Shown: one piece after another, positions 49,401 through 61,400 of the stretch
How positions within the stretch are numbered: the first letter of the stretch is position 1
How the letters are laid out: the number at the start of each line of letters is the position of its first letter
NCBI RefSeq assembly: GCF_021869535.1
Contig: NW_026262690.1
Span: forward strand, 125,488,001 to 125,552,000
Reading direction: 5' to 3'
From: Mytilus californianus
Lineage: Eukaryota
Length of the DNA: 64,000 nt
Program-made: the position numbers and the translations under genes
The notes under the pieces: generated by a model
Seen by the model: the letters and a program-made list of their open reading frames with translations, nothing else
Told to the model about the DNA's origin: nothing
Databases searched by the model: none

Positions 49401-52400
49401 TTTTGGCAAAACTAAATTTCACTTGACAATAAAACATAATATATCATTAAATAAATTTCCCCAAAATGTTATCTGACATCTGGTCAGGTAAAATTCTCAT
49501 ATAACTGGTCCATCAAGATATAATCATTTTTGTGTTTGACTGTGGGGCTAGTGATTAGTGTGAATCCTTTTCAAGAATGTTGGCTGAAAATTGTTCAAAA
49601 GATCGGCACAACCTTCTAAGAAATGATAGGCAAAATTCTTCAGCTCTTCAATAACCTACCCAGAAAAGATAGGCAAAAATTTTCAACTCTTCATTAATAA
49701 CCTACCCAGAATTTTCAATCTTCTTGTCGATGTCATTCTCAGATTTGTCAACTGATAAAATGAAACATTCCATTTCTTCATCACTAACTTCATTCATGTT
49801 GTCATCAAAATTAAACTCATTCACCTCACCATCAGTCTTGGCTACTTTTGATGGATTCAACTCATCCTCTGAGTTAGAAGGTGAAAAACTTGGAAGAACA
49901 TGCTTACTTCTTTTTCTCTTGTTTTTTTCATTTTTTGTTATATCTTTGTCAGGTGATGTGGTCACATGACTATTATCCTTGCTAGTTTTAATAAGTTGAC
50001 AAATATCAATTGCCCTTTGAAAGATTGAAGTCCGTCTTCTAGATTTATATGCTATGAAGTCACAATCAGGCAGATCAGAATCACTTGAATCATTGTCACT
50101 TAAAACATTTGTTTCCATAGTATTGGTTGTTTGCTGGCTACTCTCTTTATCAGTAAGATCTGCTCCTTGCTGGCAAATTTCAATGTCAACATTATTAAGA
50201 TTTGTCATCTGCTGGCTATTCTCATAATCAAGATCAACCAGACTATTTACAACATTACCCCCTGTCTTAATGTCATTTTCCCCAATATTTTCATCTGTAT
50301 CAGAATTACATAGATCAGTTATCTGACAATCACCTTCATTGTCATAAATATCAGCACATGGACTAAAATTTGTATACATCACATCCTCCTCCAATTTCTT
50401 ATCGGTTACCATGGGAACTTGAAGAAGATTATCAGCCATATCTAAGCAATCAGAGATTACATTTTCCTGATCATTTTCGGCAGGATCATAATTGTCACCA
50501 AGATTATCATCTTCTGAGCAGAATTCAAATGAAGAATGTTCGTTCATTATATCTGGCATATCTTCAGGAGGTTCCGTGAGATCAACAGAACAATCAGATA
50601 CAATGTCAGGCATACTATCTGGAAATCCATCGTCAACAGTATCTGAGGTAGTAGCCTTATTTTTGAGTTTATTGTAGTTTGACTGGCACTGCTGATTAGA
50701 TTTAGAAGTAACATTTGAGTAAATATAGTCTGTCTCAATACAAGAAGTATCTGACCCAGAATCGCAGCCATTTTGAATACTAGGAACAGATAGCTGACTA
50801 TATTTTGGAACTTTTGTGGAATGACAGTCTATTTCTATATCGATGTAATCTATTTCAGACTGACAGGATTCTATGTATGGAGGATAATTTGCTCCATATT
50901 TTGTTCCTCTGTAATTGATACACATGTCATTTTGACCTGACTCAGATGATGAATTACTGTTTTCCTGTAGTGAGCTAACTGAATTAACAGAGGATGAACA
51001 GTTTGTTGATACAGTTTCCTGTTCTATCCTGCCCAGTCCAGTAATGGATGGCTTGCTGTCTTGTACTAGATTTGCAGTCTGGTAAGATTCAATGGACCCA
51101 GAGGCATTATTAGAAGCACAGTCTGGATTTTCTCCTTCTATTTTCTTAAAATTCTGTAAGATTTTTGCTATTCTCTTTTCTTTCTTGACCTTAGAAATAG
51201 CTTTGTTGGTCCTTCCAACACTGCAAAACATAAAATATATGTTAAAAAAAGTTTAGCTTGCAGTGGTATTCTGAACAGACATCATCAAGTTCAGAAGGAG
51301 TATTTGTAAATAAATGTATTAAGAGAAGGTAACAATACCCGAACTTCTAGATGAAGGAATTTTCTTCTCAAAGATGTATTTTTTACAAATACCTCTCCTG
51401 AACATAATATATCTGATTAACAAACTAAATTTCAATTATATCAATAGAGATGTTAACATTAGAGCTCTTTTCCTAATGCTTGTAATTTAAAGGTTTGGTT
51501 GACTTGCTTGCTTTGTTTGTATAAATGTTTGCTCAAGCATTGTAATTAAGATTTGCAATCAATAGATAGGCAGGGCTTCAGCTTGTATACATTATACTCT
51601 GCATTATACTTAACATCCAATAACATTAAAGCACAATATATGCAAGCTGAAGCCCCGCCTATTTACTGATTGCAGATGTCAATCTTAATTGCAATGCTTG
51701 AGCAACATTTATACAAACAAAGCAAGCAAGTCAATCAAACCTTTAAATAACAAGCATTAGGAAAAGAGCTCTTATAATTTAATTCCATTATTCTTTGGCT
51801 ATCAAGGCGTTAGCAAAAACAGACATATTTAATCAAGTGCATAAATATCCTTGTACCCTTTCAAAGGTGAAATATAAATGAAATTCATTTGATTGAAGTA
51901 AGAAAATCCAATAAAAATAAATTAGCTTTAAACCAATAAAAGTTTAGGATACTTAACTTACATCAGGCTGGGAACAGTATATCTAACGGGAAATGAATCT
52001 AATAGGATTTTCAGTATAAAATTGATAAAATCCCAAACTTTGCGAGACTTCGCGAGATTTATGGATTTTGGAAGCGTTTGACTGAAAAACTATCGGAACT
52101 GCTCAATATATTAACCACATAATTCCAAACGTTCAACAAATACAAGTTTTATCGTAAAGTAGATATATTTTGTCATAGAAAATGACCAATATAAATGTGA
52201 TTTATTTGATGTGAAGTGTTTTATATTGGTTTGTGAAATTCGCTGTTACTGGGAATGCAATCGGTGCCATTTTTTTATTACCCGTTTGCATTCTGTACCC
52301 TTCTGTGATGAAATGAATGCAATTATGACAAATTTCAAGTAATAGATTACAAGTTCAATACACTGGCATCACTTATTACTTAGTTTGAATGACATTTTAT

Positions 52401-55400
52401 TGATATTGTCAGAAATGATTAAGATAATAGCGAGTACTTATTTTACACGTCCGTTTCGGTATCGTGTCATTAATTTACTATGACCCGACGATAAAATCGG
52501 CTATAATTAGGTAGTGTCAAGTCCCATCAATATATATGTTCCTGCATCAGGTGAACTTACTTATCTGATATAGTTAATCCTTACAAATGTAATTAAAAAT
52601 TGGTTATCATATTCTTAAACTTGTAAAATATAAGGTACAACAAAACATCTTCCCAGTTATCCTTAAAATCATTTTTTTTCATTATACAAGAGTGCACATG
52701 CTGAAATGTCTCGCCTGCTCAAATTATTATGAATAAATTTCATAAAAAAAAAATTAACTATAGTTGGCCTGAGTGAGTGAGTATTTCACATGACAAAAAA
52801 AATCTTTTCTGAATTATAAAGCTTTATACAAAAAGTTTTGAGGCATTGTAATCCCTATGTCTCGCATTCATTGGTGGGGTTCGTGTTAATCAGTCTTCAG
52901 TTTTCAATGACATAATAATTTTGTGTTTTGTAGACTGAAGAAATGTAAGACTTTGTCTGTCTTTGATTTTCTGTTCCTGAGAATAATGTGATGAAAATTT
53001 CATACATGGACATTATGTGTAAGAATATATAAGAATAACAGGAAGTGTATGGGCAACAAATCTGAAAATGCATCACATAGTTTAACATGCTCACATAAAG
53101 TTTGATACCAAATTACAGGAAGCTCTGATTTGGAGTTCATGAGAAAAATGCATCCAAAATTTTAAGCATGGCCATTACGTGTAAGAATAATTAAGTTTCT
53201 GTACACAAAAGAGGATGAATAGGGAATCTGAAAATACATCACACAGTAATGCATGCTTACATAAAGCTTGATATCAAAGGAGTAAACGAAAGGTTTAAAT
53301 TGGCCCTAAGAATTTGATTTTTTTTAATCAGGCCAAAATATTACAAATTTCACATAGAAATAGTTGTGATATAGCTATTAATTTAGAATAACTTCTTTTT
53401 GGCACATCACATTTACAATGACGAAGAAATGACCCCTGAGGTATGCATTATTTGTGTTGTAACGTTAGTTTTGGTCAAATTTTCAATAATTTTTAACAGT
53501 ATTTAACATAATTTACTTTGACCACCACCCCTGATCCAGAAAGGTTTTGTGTCTAGGGATTCATCATTGGCAACTTTTAGCTACAGAACATTTTGAATCC
53601 TAGGTTGGGGCCAAGAGTTTCCTGAAGCTAAATGCGTAAAAAAATTATCGCTTTTGACAATATATCGAAAATGTGCTTAGAATGAGATATGTTTAACCTA
53701 GTAGTTAAAGCCTTCTGAAAAAGATCCATTTAAGAACCAAATTATGGCCATTTTGATATTTTACGATAAAGTTGAATTTCAAGGCCATATTAGGCCTAAA
53801 GTGCACTTTTTTTCATGAATACCAAATGATAACCTTCACCATTAGGAATATCAAACCTACAGTTTTTTAATAGCTTTTCTTTTTCCCTCATTGGAAGATA
53901 CACCATTTTCTGTGTTACCATTCTGTTTGATGTTACCATGACTACCATTTTGACTGGTGGATGATTGTTTGGTAAAGTAATTACTTATGCTGACTGAATT
54001 AGGCTGTGATTGTGATTGGCTGCAGTCATGGAGGACTTTTGCTAGCTACAATTACATTCAATAAAGTATTTCTAAATAATCATAAACAATATATATAGGA
54101 CCCTACAATTCAGTGGTTGTCGTTTGTTGCTGTATATCATATTTGTTTTCCGTTTATTGTTTTGTACATAAGATAGGCCGTTAGTTCTCTGGTTTGAATT
54201 GTTTTACATTTGTCTTTAAAGGGCCTTCTATAGTTAGCTATGCAGTACGGGTTTTGCTCATTGTTGAAGACAGTTACCAATAGTTGCTAATTCCTATGTC
54301 ATTTTAACTCAGATGGAGAGTTGTCTCCAATTGGCAATCATATCACATCTTCATACTTTTACATTTATAATGAATATCACACATGTTTTATCAACCACTG
54401 GAAATTCCTTACCTTTGTTACACTTTTAGTATTTTGAGATTCTAATGAAGTGACAAACACAACTACTTTCTCTCTGAACACAGTGTGAGCAGTACTGTAA
54501 AAATCTGAAAGTAAACATCATTAAGATTTGACAATCAAAGTTTCCAGATGCAGTAAGTAAATTGCTTCACAAATGATAAACAAAATCTGCAGATCCGGAA
54601 TATAATTTTTGTTATCACTTTTCCTGAGGTGTAGAAAATTTTATGACTGAATGATAAAACAAGTTTATGATTTTTCAAAGTGTCATTTCTTGAGAAAAGT
54701 GTAGCTTCTGATTATAAAAATAAAGCTTGGAAAGAAATCTGAGTTTTGAAATGTTTTAGCCTGATGACCATATTTTTGGAATGCACAATTTTCAATTAAA
54801 ATTGAGCAAAGTATGTGATAAGTTTACAGATTCTTCATGTCTTTTGCTCCTTTTGCATTGTTGAGTTGCTGACTTATTGACTTATAATCTTTATCTCCAT
54901 TTATTCATTACTTATTTATAAAATTTGTAAGGGTTCTGCGGAACCCAGAGTCTCGCCTACTTTTGCCGTTAATCGCAGGCTCAACAAAAATGAGACGAGG
55001 AAAAAATTTAATAAAATTTCCTCTCGATACAATTTTTTTATTGTAAGAAGCTTCTGTCCAAGTTTGGTAAAAATCCAGGATAGTTTATGAATCTAATAAA
55101 TGTTTTAAAAAATTTAACTGCAGACTGTGTGTAATGTTAACTGGAAGAAAAACTAAGTCCATCTATAAGTAAAATATGGATAAACAAGTACAAAATTTTA
55201 ATAAAAATTTCCTTCTCGATACTAGCTTTTGATCATAAACAAACTTCTGTCCATGTTTGGTACAAATCCAGGATAGTTTAAGAAAGTTATTAAAATTTTG
55301 AAAACTTTAACCACAGAGTGAATGTAATGTTTCCTGGCAGAAAAACTAAGTCCATTTATAAGTAAAATACGGAAAAACAGGATTTTTTTTAAAAATTCAC

Positions 55401-58400
55401 TTCTGGATACTATCTTATGATCATAAACAAGCTTCTGTCGAAGTTTGGTAGAAATCCAGGATAGTTTGAGAAAGTTATTATAATTTTAAAAATTTTAACC
55501 ACAGAGTGAATGTAATGTTTCCTGGCAGAAAAACTAAGTCCATTTATAAGTAAAATACGGAAAAACAGGATTTTTTTTTTAAATTCACTTCTGGATACTA
55601 TCTTATGATCATAAACAAGCTTCTGTCCAAGTTTGGTAGAAATCCAGGATAGTTTGAGAAAGTTATTAAAATTTTAAAAACTTTAACCACAGAGTGAATG
55701 TAATGTTTCCTGGCAGAAAAACTAAGTCCATTTATAAGTAAAATACGGAAAAACAGGAATTTTTTTTTTAAATTTACTTCTGGATACTATCTTATGATCA
55801 TAAACAAGCTTCTGTCCAAGTTTGGTAGAAATCCAGGATAGTTTGAGAAAGTTATTACAATTTTAAAAACTTTAACCACAGAGTGAATGTAATGTTTCCT
55901 GGCAGAAAAACTAAGTCCATTTATAAGTAAAATACGGAAAAACAGGAATTTTTTTTTTACAAAATTTACTTCTGGATACTATCTTATGATCATAAACAAG
56001 CTTCTGTCCAAGTTTAGTAGAAATCCAGGATAGTTTAAGAAAGTTATTAAAATTTCAAAAACTTTAACCACAGAGTGAATATTTGTTGACGCCGACGGAA
56101 TGTAGGATCGCTATGTCTTGCTTTTTCGACAAAAGTCGAAGGCTCGACAAAAAGGCATTGACTTATATCTAATTTCAACTCAATTCATGCAAAGGGTGAA
56201 TCATGAGTTTAAAGCCTGACAATCAATTATCTTATATTAAGTTCAGAATGCAAAGTTAAATCAAAAGCTAACTTTGATTTCTAGCTTAGGCTGTATTCAT
56301 ACAAAATTCATCAATTATATGGAATGTCCAATGAAAATTATTTCAAGGTAGATAACTCCATACTCTGCAGTGAATTTTTTGTAACTTTCTTGTCAATTTT
56401 CTTCCATGAACAGGTAATATGAGCAGAATGATTTGTACCAAACAATTAAGAAAATTTACAAGCCTTCATATCTGTAACACAAATTGGTGCCAAAAAATAG
56501 GCCAAAATCCCAACAGAAATTAATTCAAATTCATGCAGAATTCCCATATACCTAGCTTCTGATGAAATTTTCCTTCCCAATGCATATAAAATAAGGATAT
56601 TTATTTGTAGGTTTCATTTTTGTTATCCACCCTTTTCAAATAGAATGATTTTCATTATGGACTAATACTTTAAATACAGTATCAATAAATACCATCATCT
56701 CCTGATTCTTCTTCACCAAGTAACAAAGTATGATGAAGGGATTTCTTTTTAAACACATATCCCAGACGCACTGTACTTCCTATAAATAGAAATAATTGTA
56801 CTCTCAATAAATAAAAGTTAGAACATAAAGGTATTGTATGAATATATGTGGTAAAATCAAAAAAGCACTTCACACAAGCATGTTGCTTATGTGTTTGTCT
56901 ATATGCCATTTCGTTTTTCTTTGTTGACATATTTGTTTGTTTTTATAGTGATTAAGATTTTAACACAATGTTGACTGCTGTACCCGTATTTTTGACATTT
57001 TTACCTATTATGTCTGTTTGTTTTGTTCACAAATTGATGTCAATATAATGGAACTTTATGCGACTGTCATACAAGTGAGAGTTTTAACTAGCTATAAAAC
57101 CAGGTTTAATCCACCATTTCCTACATAAGGAAATGCCTGTACCAAGTCAGGAATATGACAGTTGTTTTCCATTCGTTTGATATGTTTGAGCTTTTGATTT
57201 TGCCATTTGATAAAGGACTTTCCGATTTGAATTTTCCTTGGAGTTCATTATTTTTGTTATTTTACTTTTTGCGAGTCAGTGGTATAGCCCAATAATATAT
57301 TGGACTTATTGCTCTTCTTACTCACTATACTCCTAAAAATTTCTTGATTACTTTTTGGAAAAAAATGTTTTGCAAAACATTTTATCAAATCTTGAATTTT
57401 CCAAATATATAAAAACTAATGGTTGCATTAAACAACATACTAAAGGCTGCTCAGATCATTTGTAAATTCTTGGGGATAAAAAAATATTTTGCTAGGTTGT
57501 CCTTATTTATTTGCAAATAACCTTAAAAAAACTAAATGTTTATTGCAGGGTTTTAAGAATCTTTAGAGAATAAATTTTGCGATATGATGAGGGGGGTGAG
57601 AAATAATGAAATCCTTATTAGATTAATTTTAAAATTATCTATGAAATAACTCAGCAAATGCCTATTTTCTTTATACATTTTCCGTTTTTTTATATGTATC
57701 ATATATTCTTTCAATGAATGAGAAAAAAGGATGAATTGAATATCACAAAACATTTCAACCATGCAACATATTACATGATTTATAAAATTGAGAATGGAAA
57801 TGGGGAATGTGTCAAAGAGACTTATTCATACTCAGGATTGTTGCCAATGGTTTTATAGATATAGGAAGATGTGGTATGAGTGCCAATGAGACAACTCTGC
57901 ATCCAAGTTACAATTTATAAAAGTAAACCATTATAGGTCAAGGTACTGCCTTCAACACGGAGCATTGGCTCACACTGAACAGCAAGCTATAAAAGGCCCC
58001 CAAAAATTACTAGTGTAAAACCATTCAAACGGAAAAACCAAAGGTCTAATTTACATAAAAACAAGAAACGAGAAACACGTATGAACTACATAAACAGACG
58101 ACAACTACTGTAATCAGATTCCTGACTTAGGACAGGTGCAAACATTTGCAGCGTGATTAAACGTTTTAATGGTACCAAACCTTCTCCTAGCATTCTTTTT
58201 ATGTATTTTGTCTATTAGAAATTTGCTATTGTTTTCAGGTATTTGTTAAATACACATTGCTTTTAAGAATATTTCAAACATTGTGAACATCTGTCCATCA
58301 TTGAAGACCATATGGCTACATTTATATGCCTTTGTTACTTATTTTTATTGTCGGTTTACTGTCCCATTGACATTTTGTCCATTCATTCATATGATTATTA

Positions 58401-61400
58401 AAGCAAGACTATTATTTCTGATTTGGCTTCAGCAAACCTGTATGACTTATGTCAGTGAAGAAAAATTGTATAATAGACTCTACTTGTGCTAAACACACCT
58501 GATCTCTATTTATCCGCCATTACTGGACATCACAAAGGTTCCCGTAAAATTTTGATGTCACAATAGAAAATGTCTGACGCCACAAAGGAAAAGTGATTGT
58601 TGTATGACGTCCAATAGTTCAAGTGTCGCAGATTCTCAGGTCAAGTGTTGCAGCTTCCAAAATAGCGATCAGGTCTATTGCTAATTGACTCATGGTAATT
58701 GCTTTCCATATTACTGTGTATTTGTAAATATTTGTGGAATAAATTTTCCCGGATTTCTAGGGTATAGGTATACCAATAATATAAATGTTTAATGAAATAC
58801 ACATTTTCTATTGGCTTGAATGCAGAGTTTAACAAAACCACAAATTCAAATATCCATGAAAATATGATTTTTCCAAAATACACTAATTGGTACTATCATC
58901 AGTAACAGAATAAATTCTTCAGTTTTGGTTCTGTATCAACATACTTCCAAAGTTTTTGTACATTCCACTTTACCTGTTAAAATATTCTGTGATCTGATGT
59001 CATTCTTTTCTTTTTCTTCTATCCTTGCTCTTAATGGACCTTTTAGTAACTTTTCAATATCCTATAAAATAAAATCTATTCTGAAGTGATTTATAGCATA
59101 TATATCTGATGAGGGTCTGGAGGGGAAGTCTTCATCAAATTTTCAGACCAGTTTCATCTATTATTTATTTTTAAGCAAACCATTATTAATTTATTCTGAT
59201 TTTATTTGCCTTTATTAGTATAATCTTTATAATAAATCTTCTTGCTCATAATTCTCTATTCTATAAATCCAATCAAGACCCTCATATCTAGGGTGCAAGA
59301 GAAATGGAGCTTTAGATGTTGAATGAGCAATGCTTATCTATCATTGAACACTAGATGTTAAGATCTAATATAAATGTTTTAATCATAATGACACATCTTC
59401 TGTTTGACTTCTTTGTTGTCGAATGATAATTTATGTACATTTAGCATGTTTAGTAATACAGTACTTTGCGAGGCTAAATTACTCAAATCCACCCACCTTT
59501 AATTGATTCCGCTGAAGCCATCTTTTGTTTGACTTTTTGTCATCCAAAGAATGAATTTCTATTTGGCAGACCAATCTTTCACCAACCTGAAATAAACTCA
59601 TCATAATATACATGCGTACTTTTAAAGTTTCAAGTTGATGTGACCACAAATTCATTTCAAACTATCTTACACCAAAACTTGAATCCGATACATTTCGCTC
59701 TTCAATGAATCATGAAATCTGGGTCAAGCTCAAAATTTGGCATGTATTTTAAAATAAAATCATATTCATAATGAACATATGTACCAAGTTTCAAGTTGAT
59801 GAAAACAGCTAGGTGGTCTCATGTTTCTTTAATGTATAACGTGCAGGCGGTTGAAGGTAAGGTCCCGGATCATGTCAACCCAGACTTTAAAATACATGTA
59901 AGTATTTGGTGATTCTTAGCTAAACATGCTGCATTAAGCCAAATACAGAGTTACTGTTCTTGACAACTTTAAACTCTGACCAGGATACATGTGTGCACCT
60001 TATCGCTATTTTGTCCAATCCAGAAAATGGCCAACTTTCTGTTTGGATCATGTGTCGCAATAACAAAGGTCATCTGTAATGAGATGAGGGAGGAAAAAGT
60101 TAAAGTCAACATTTTAAAATTTTGATGCATTATGATCCTATTTTTTGAAACACAATTCAAAGTAATAAAAATGCTTTGTGTGAAGTGTTAACTATAGTTT
60201 CAACATGTTTCTTTGAAAAGTTTAATCCACATTACAATGTTTAAACAGTTCCCCAGATACATGTAGCTTAAACTAGTTTGCGATGTCATGAAAAAGTTGT
60301 TGAATTTCAGAAGTTATCCAGATTTAAAATAAATAGTGATAAGGTGAATTATGAAGAGCATGTACATTTAAAGACATATTTAAGGAAAAATGAAAAGATA
60401 CAGCACCAGGATACCAAACTGGAACTAGTATAAGAAATTTAAGTTATGTAGAAAGATTGAAAACCTTAGACCTACCTACACTTGAATACAGAAGAGATCG
60501 TTATGATACATGTGATATGTTACAAGTGTATAAAGCTCTACACTGGATAGACAATATTAAATTGCAAAATATGTTTGAGTTGTCTAATAATTCTACTTGG
60601 AATTTAAATAAGAAAAGGTGCAATTCAACTAAACATCTTCATTCAATCTCACAAAGGATCATTGATCATTCAATGGAAAAGGCTGTCAACAGAAACTGTA
60701 AGTGCAAAATCTGTTGACATCTTTAAAAATTGTATTAACAAGGAAAACTGGAATGGAAAGAAGTTTAATCCTACTTAGAACAAAAATAGTAGCTATTTCA
60801 ACTTTTTTAAAACATTGGGTTTTTACAGTTACATGAGCACACAATGGCAGTCAGGGGTACTACTTGTACAAGTAATCTTTATCTACTTGAAGAAGTAAAA
60901 AAAAAATATACTTATATAAGTTAATTATAATGTTTGAATAATCTCCCCTTAATTTTCTCATAAAATCACTTGTACAATCCCATAAAAATTCTCAAGTTTT
61001 GAGATGTAAAAACATGCCTTGAATGATTTTTCCCAGGTTAGCTCATAATTTTTTATAAGAGTTCAAGGTTTCATTTCATTAATTCAACAAAGAAACTGAT
61101 TGCTCAAAGATCTTAAGTATTTGCGCAAGGCCTTCAAAAATTGCTCCTTGGGGGCTTGTAAATGAGCAGTGTTCTGAAGATAACAGACAAATGAGATTTT
61201 CATTGTTCATGAAATTACACTTAAATGATAAGTTAAGACATCTGCAAAGGACAGACAATTTAAAATTCTATCAGAGCAAAGAAGTCCTAAGACTTCAAGA
61301 AAACATACGATGACTTTTTCACTTTTATAAGTAAAAAAATCTGAATGTCTAAGGGACATAACTAAGCCAATTTTTTTTATCTATACAAGTAAATAAAATA

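Noticed and set aside
49724-50771. Short antisense and alternate-frame ORFs over the giant exon
   Set aside because: These are expected shadows of a long low-complexity coding exon, with no independent signals.
59969-60160. ORF MTFVIATHDPNRKLAIFWIGQ as the start of gene 3
   Set aside because: It lies within and across the TIR of a repeat element (59995-60346), so it is probably non-coding.
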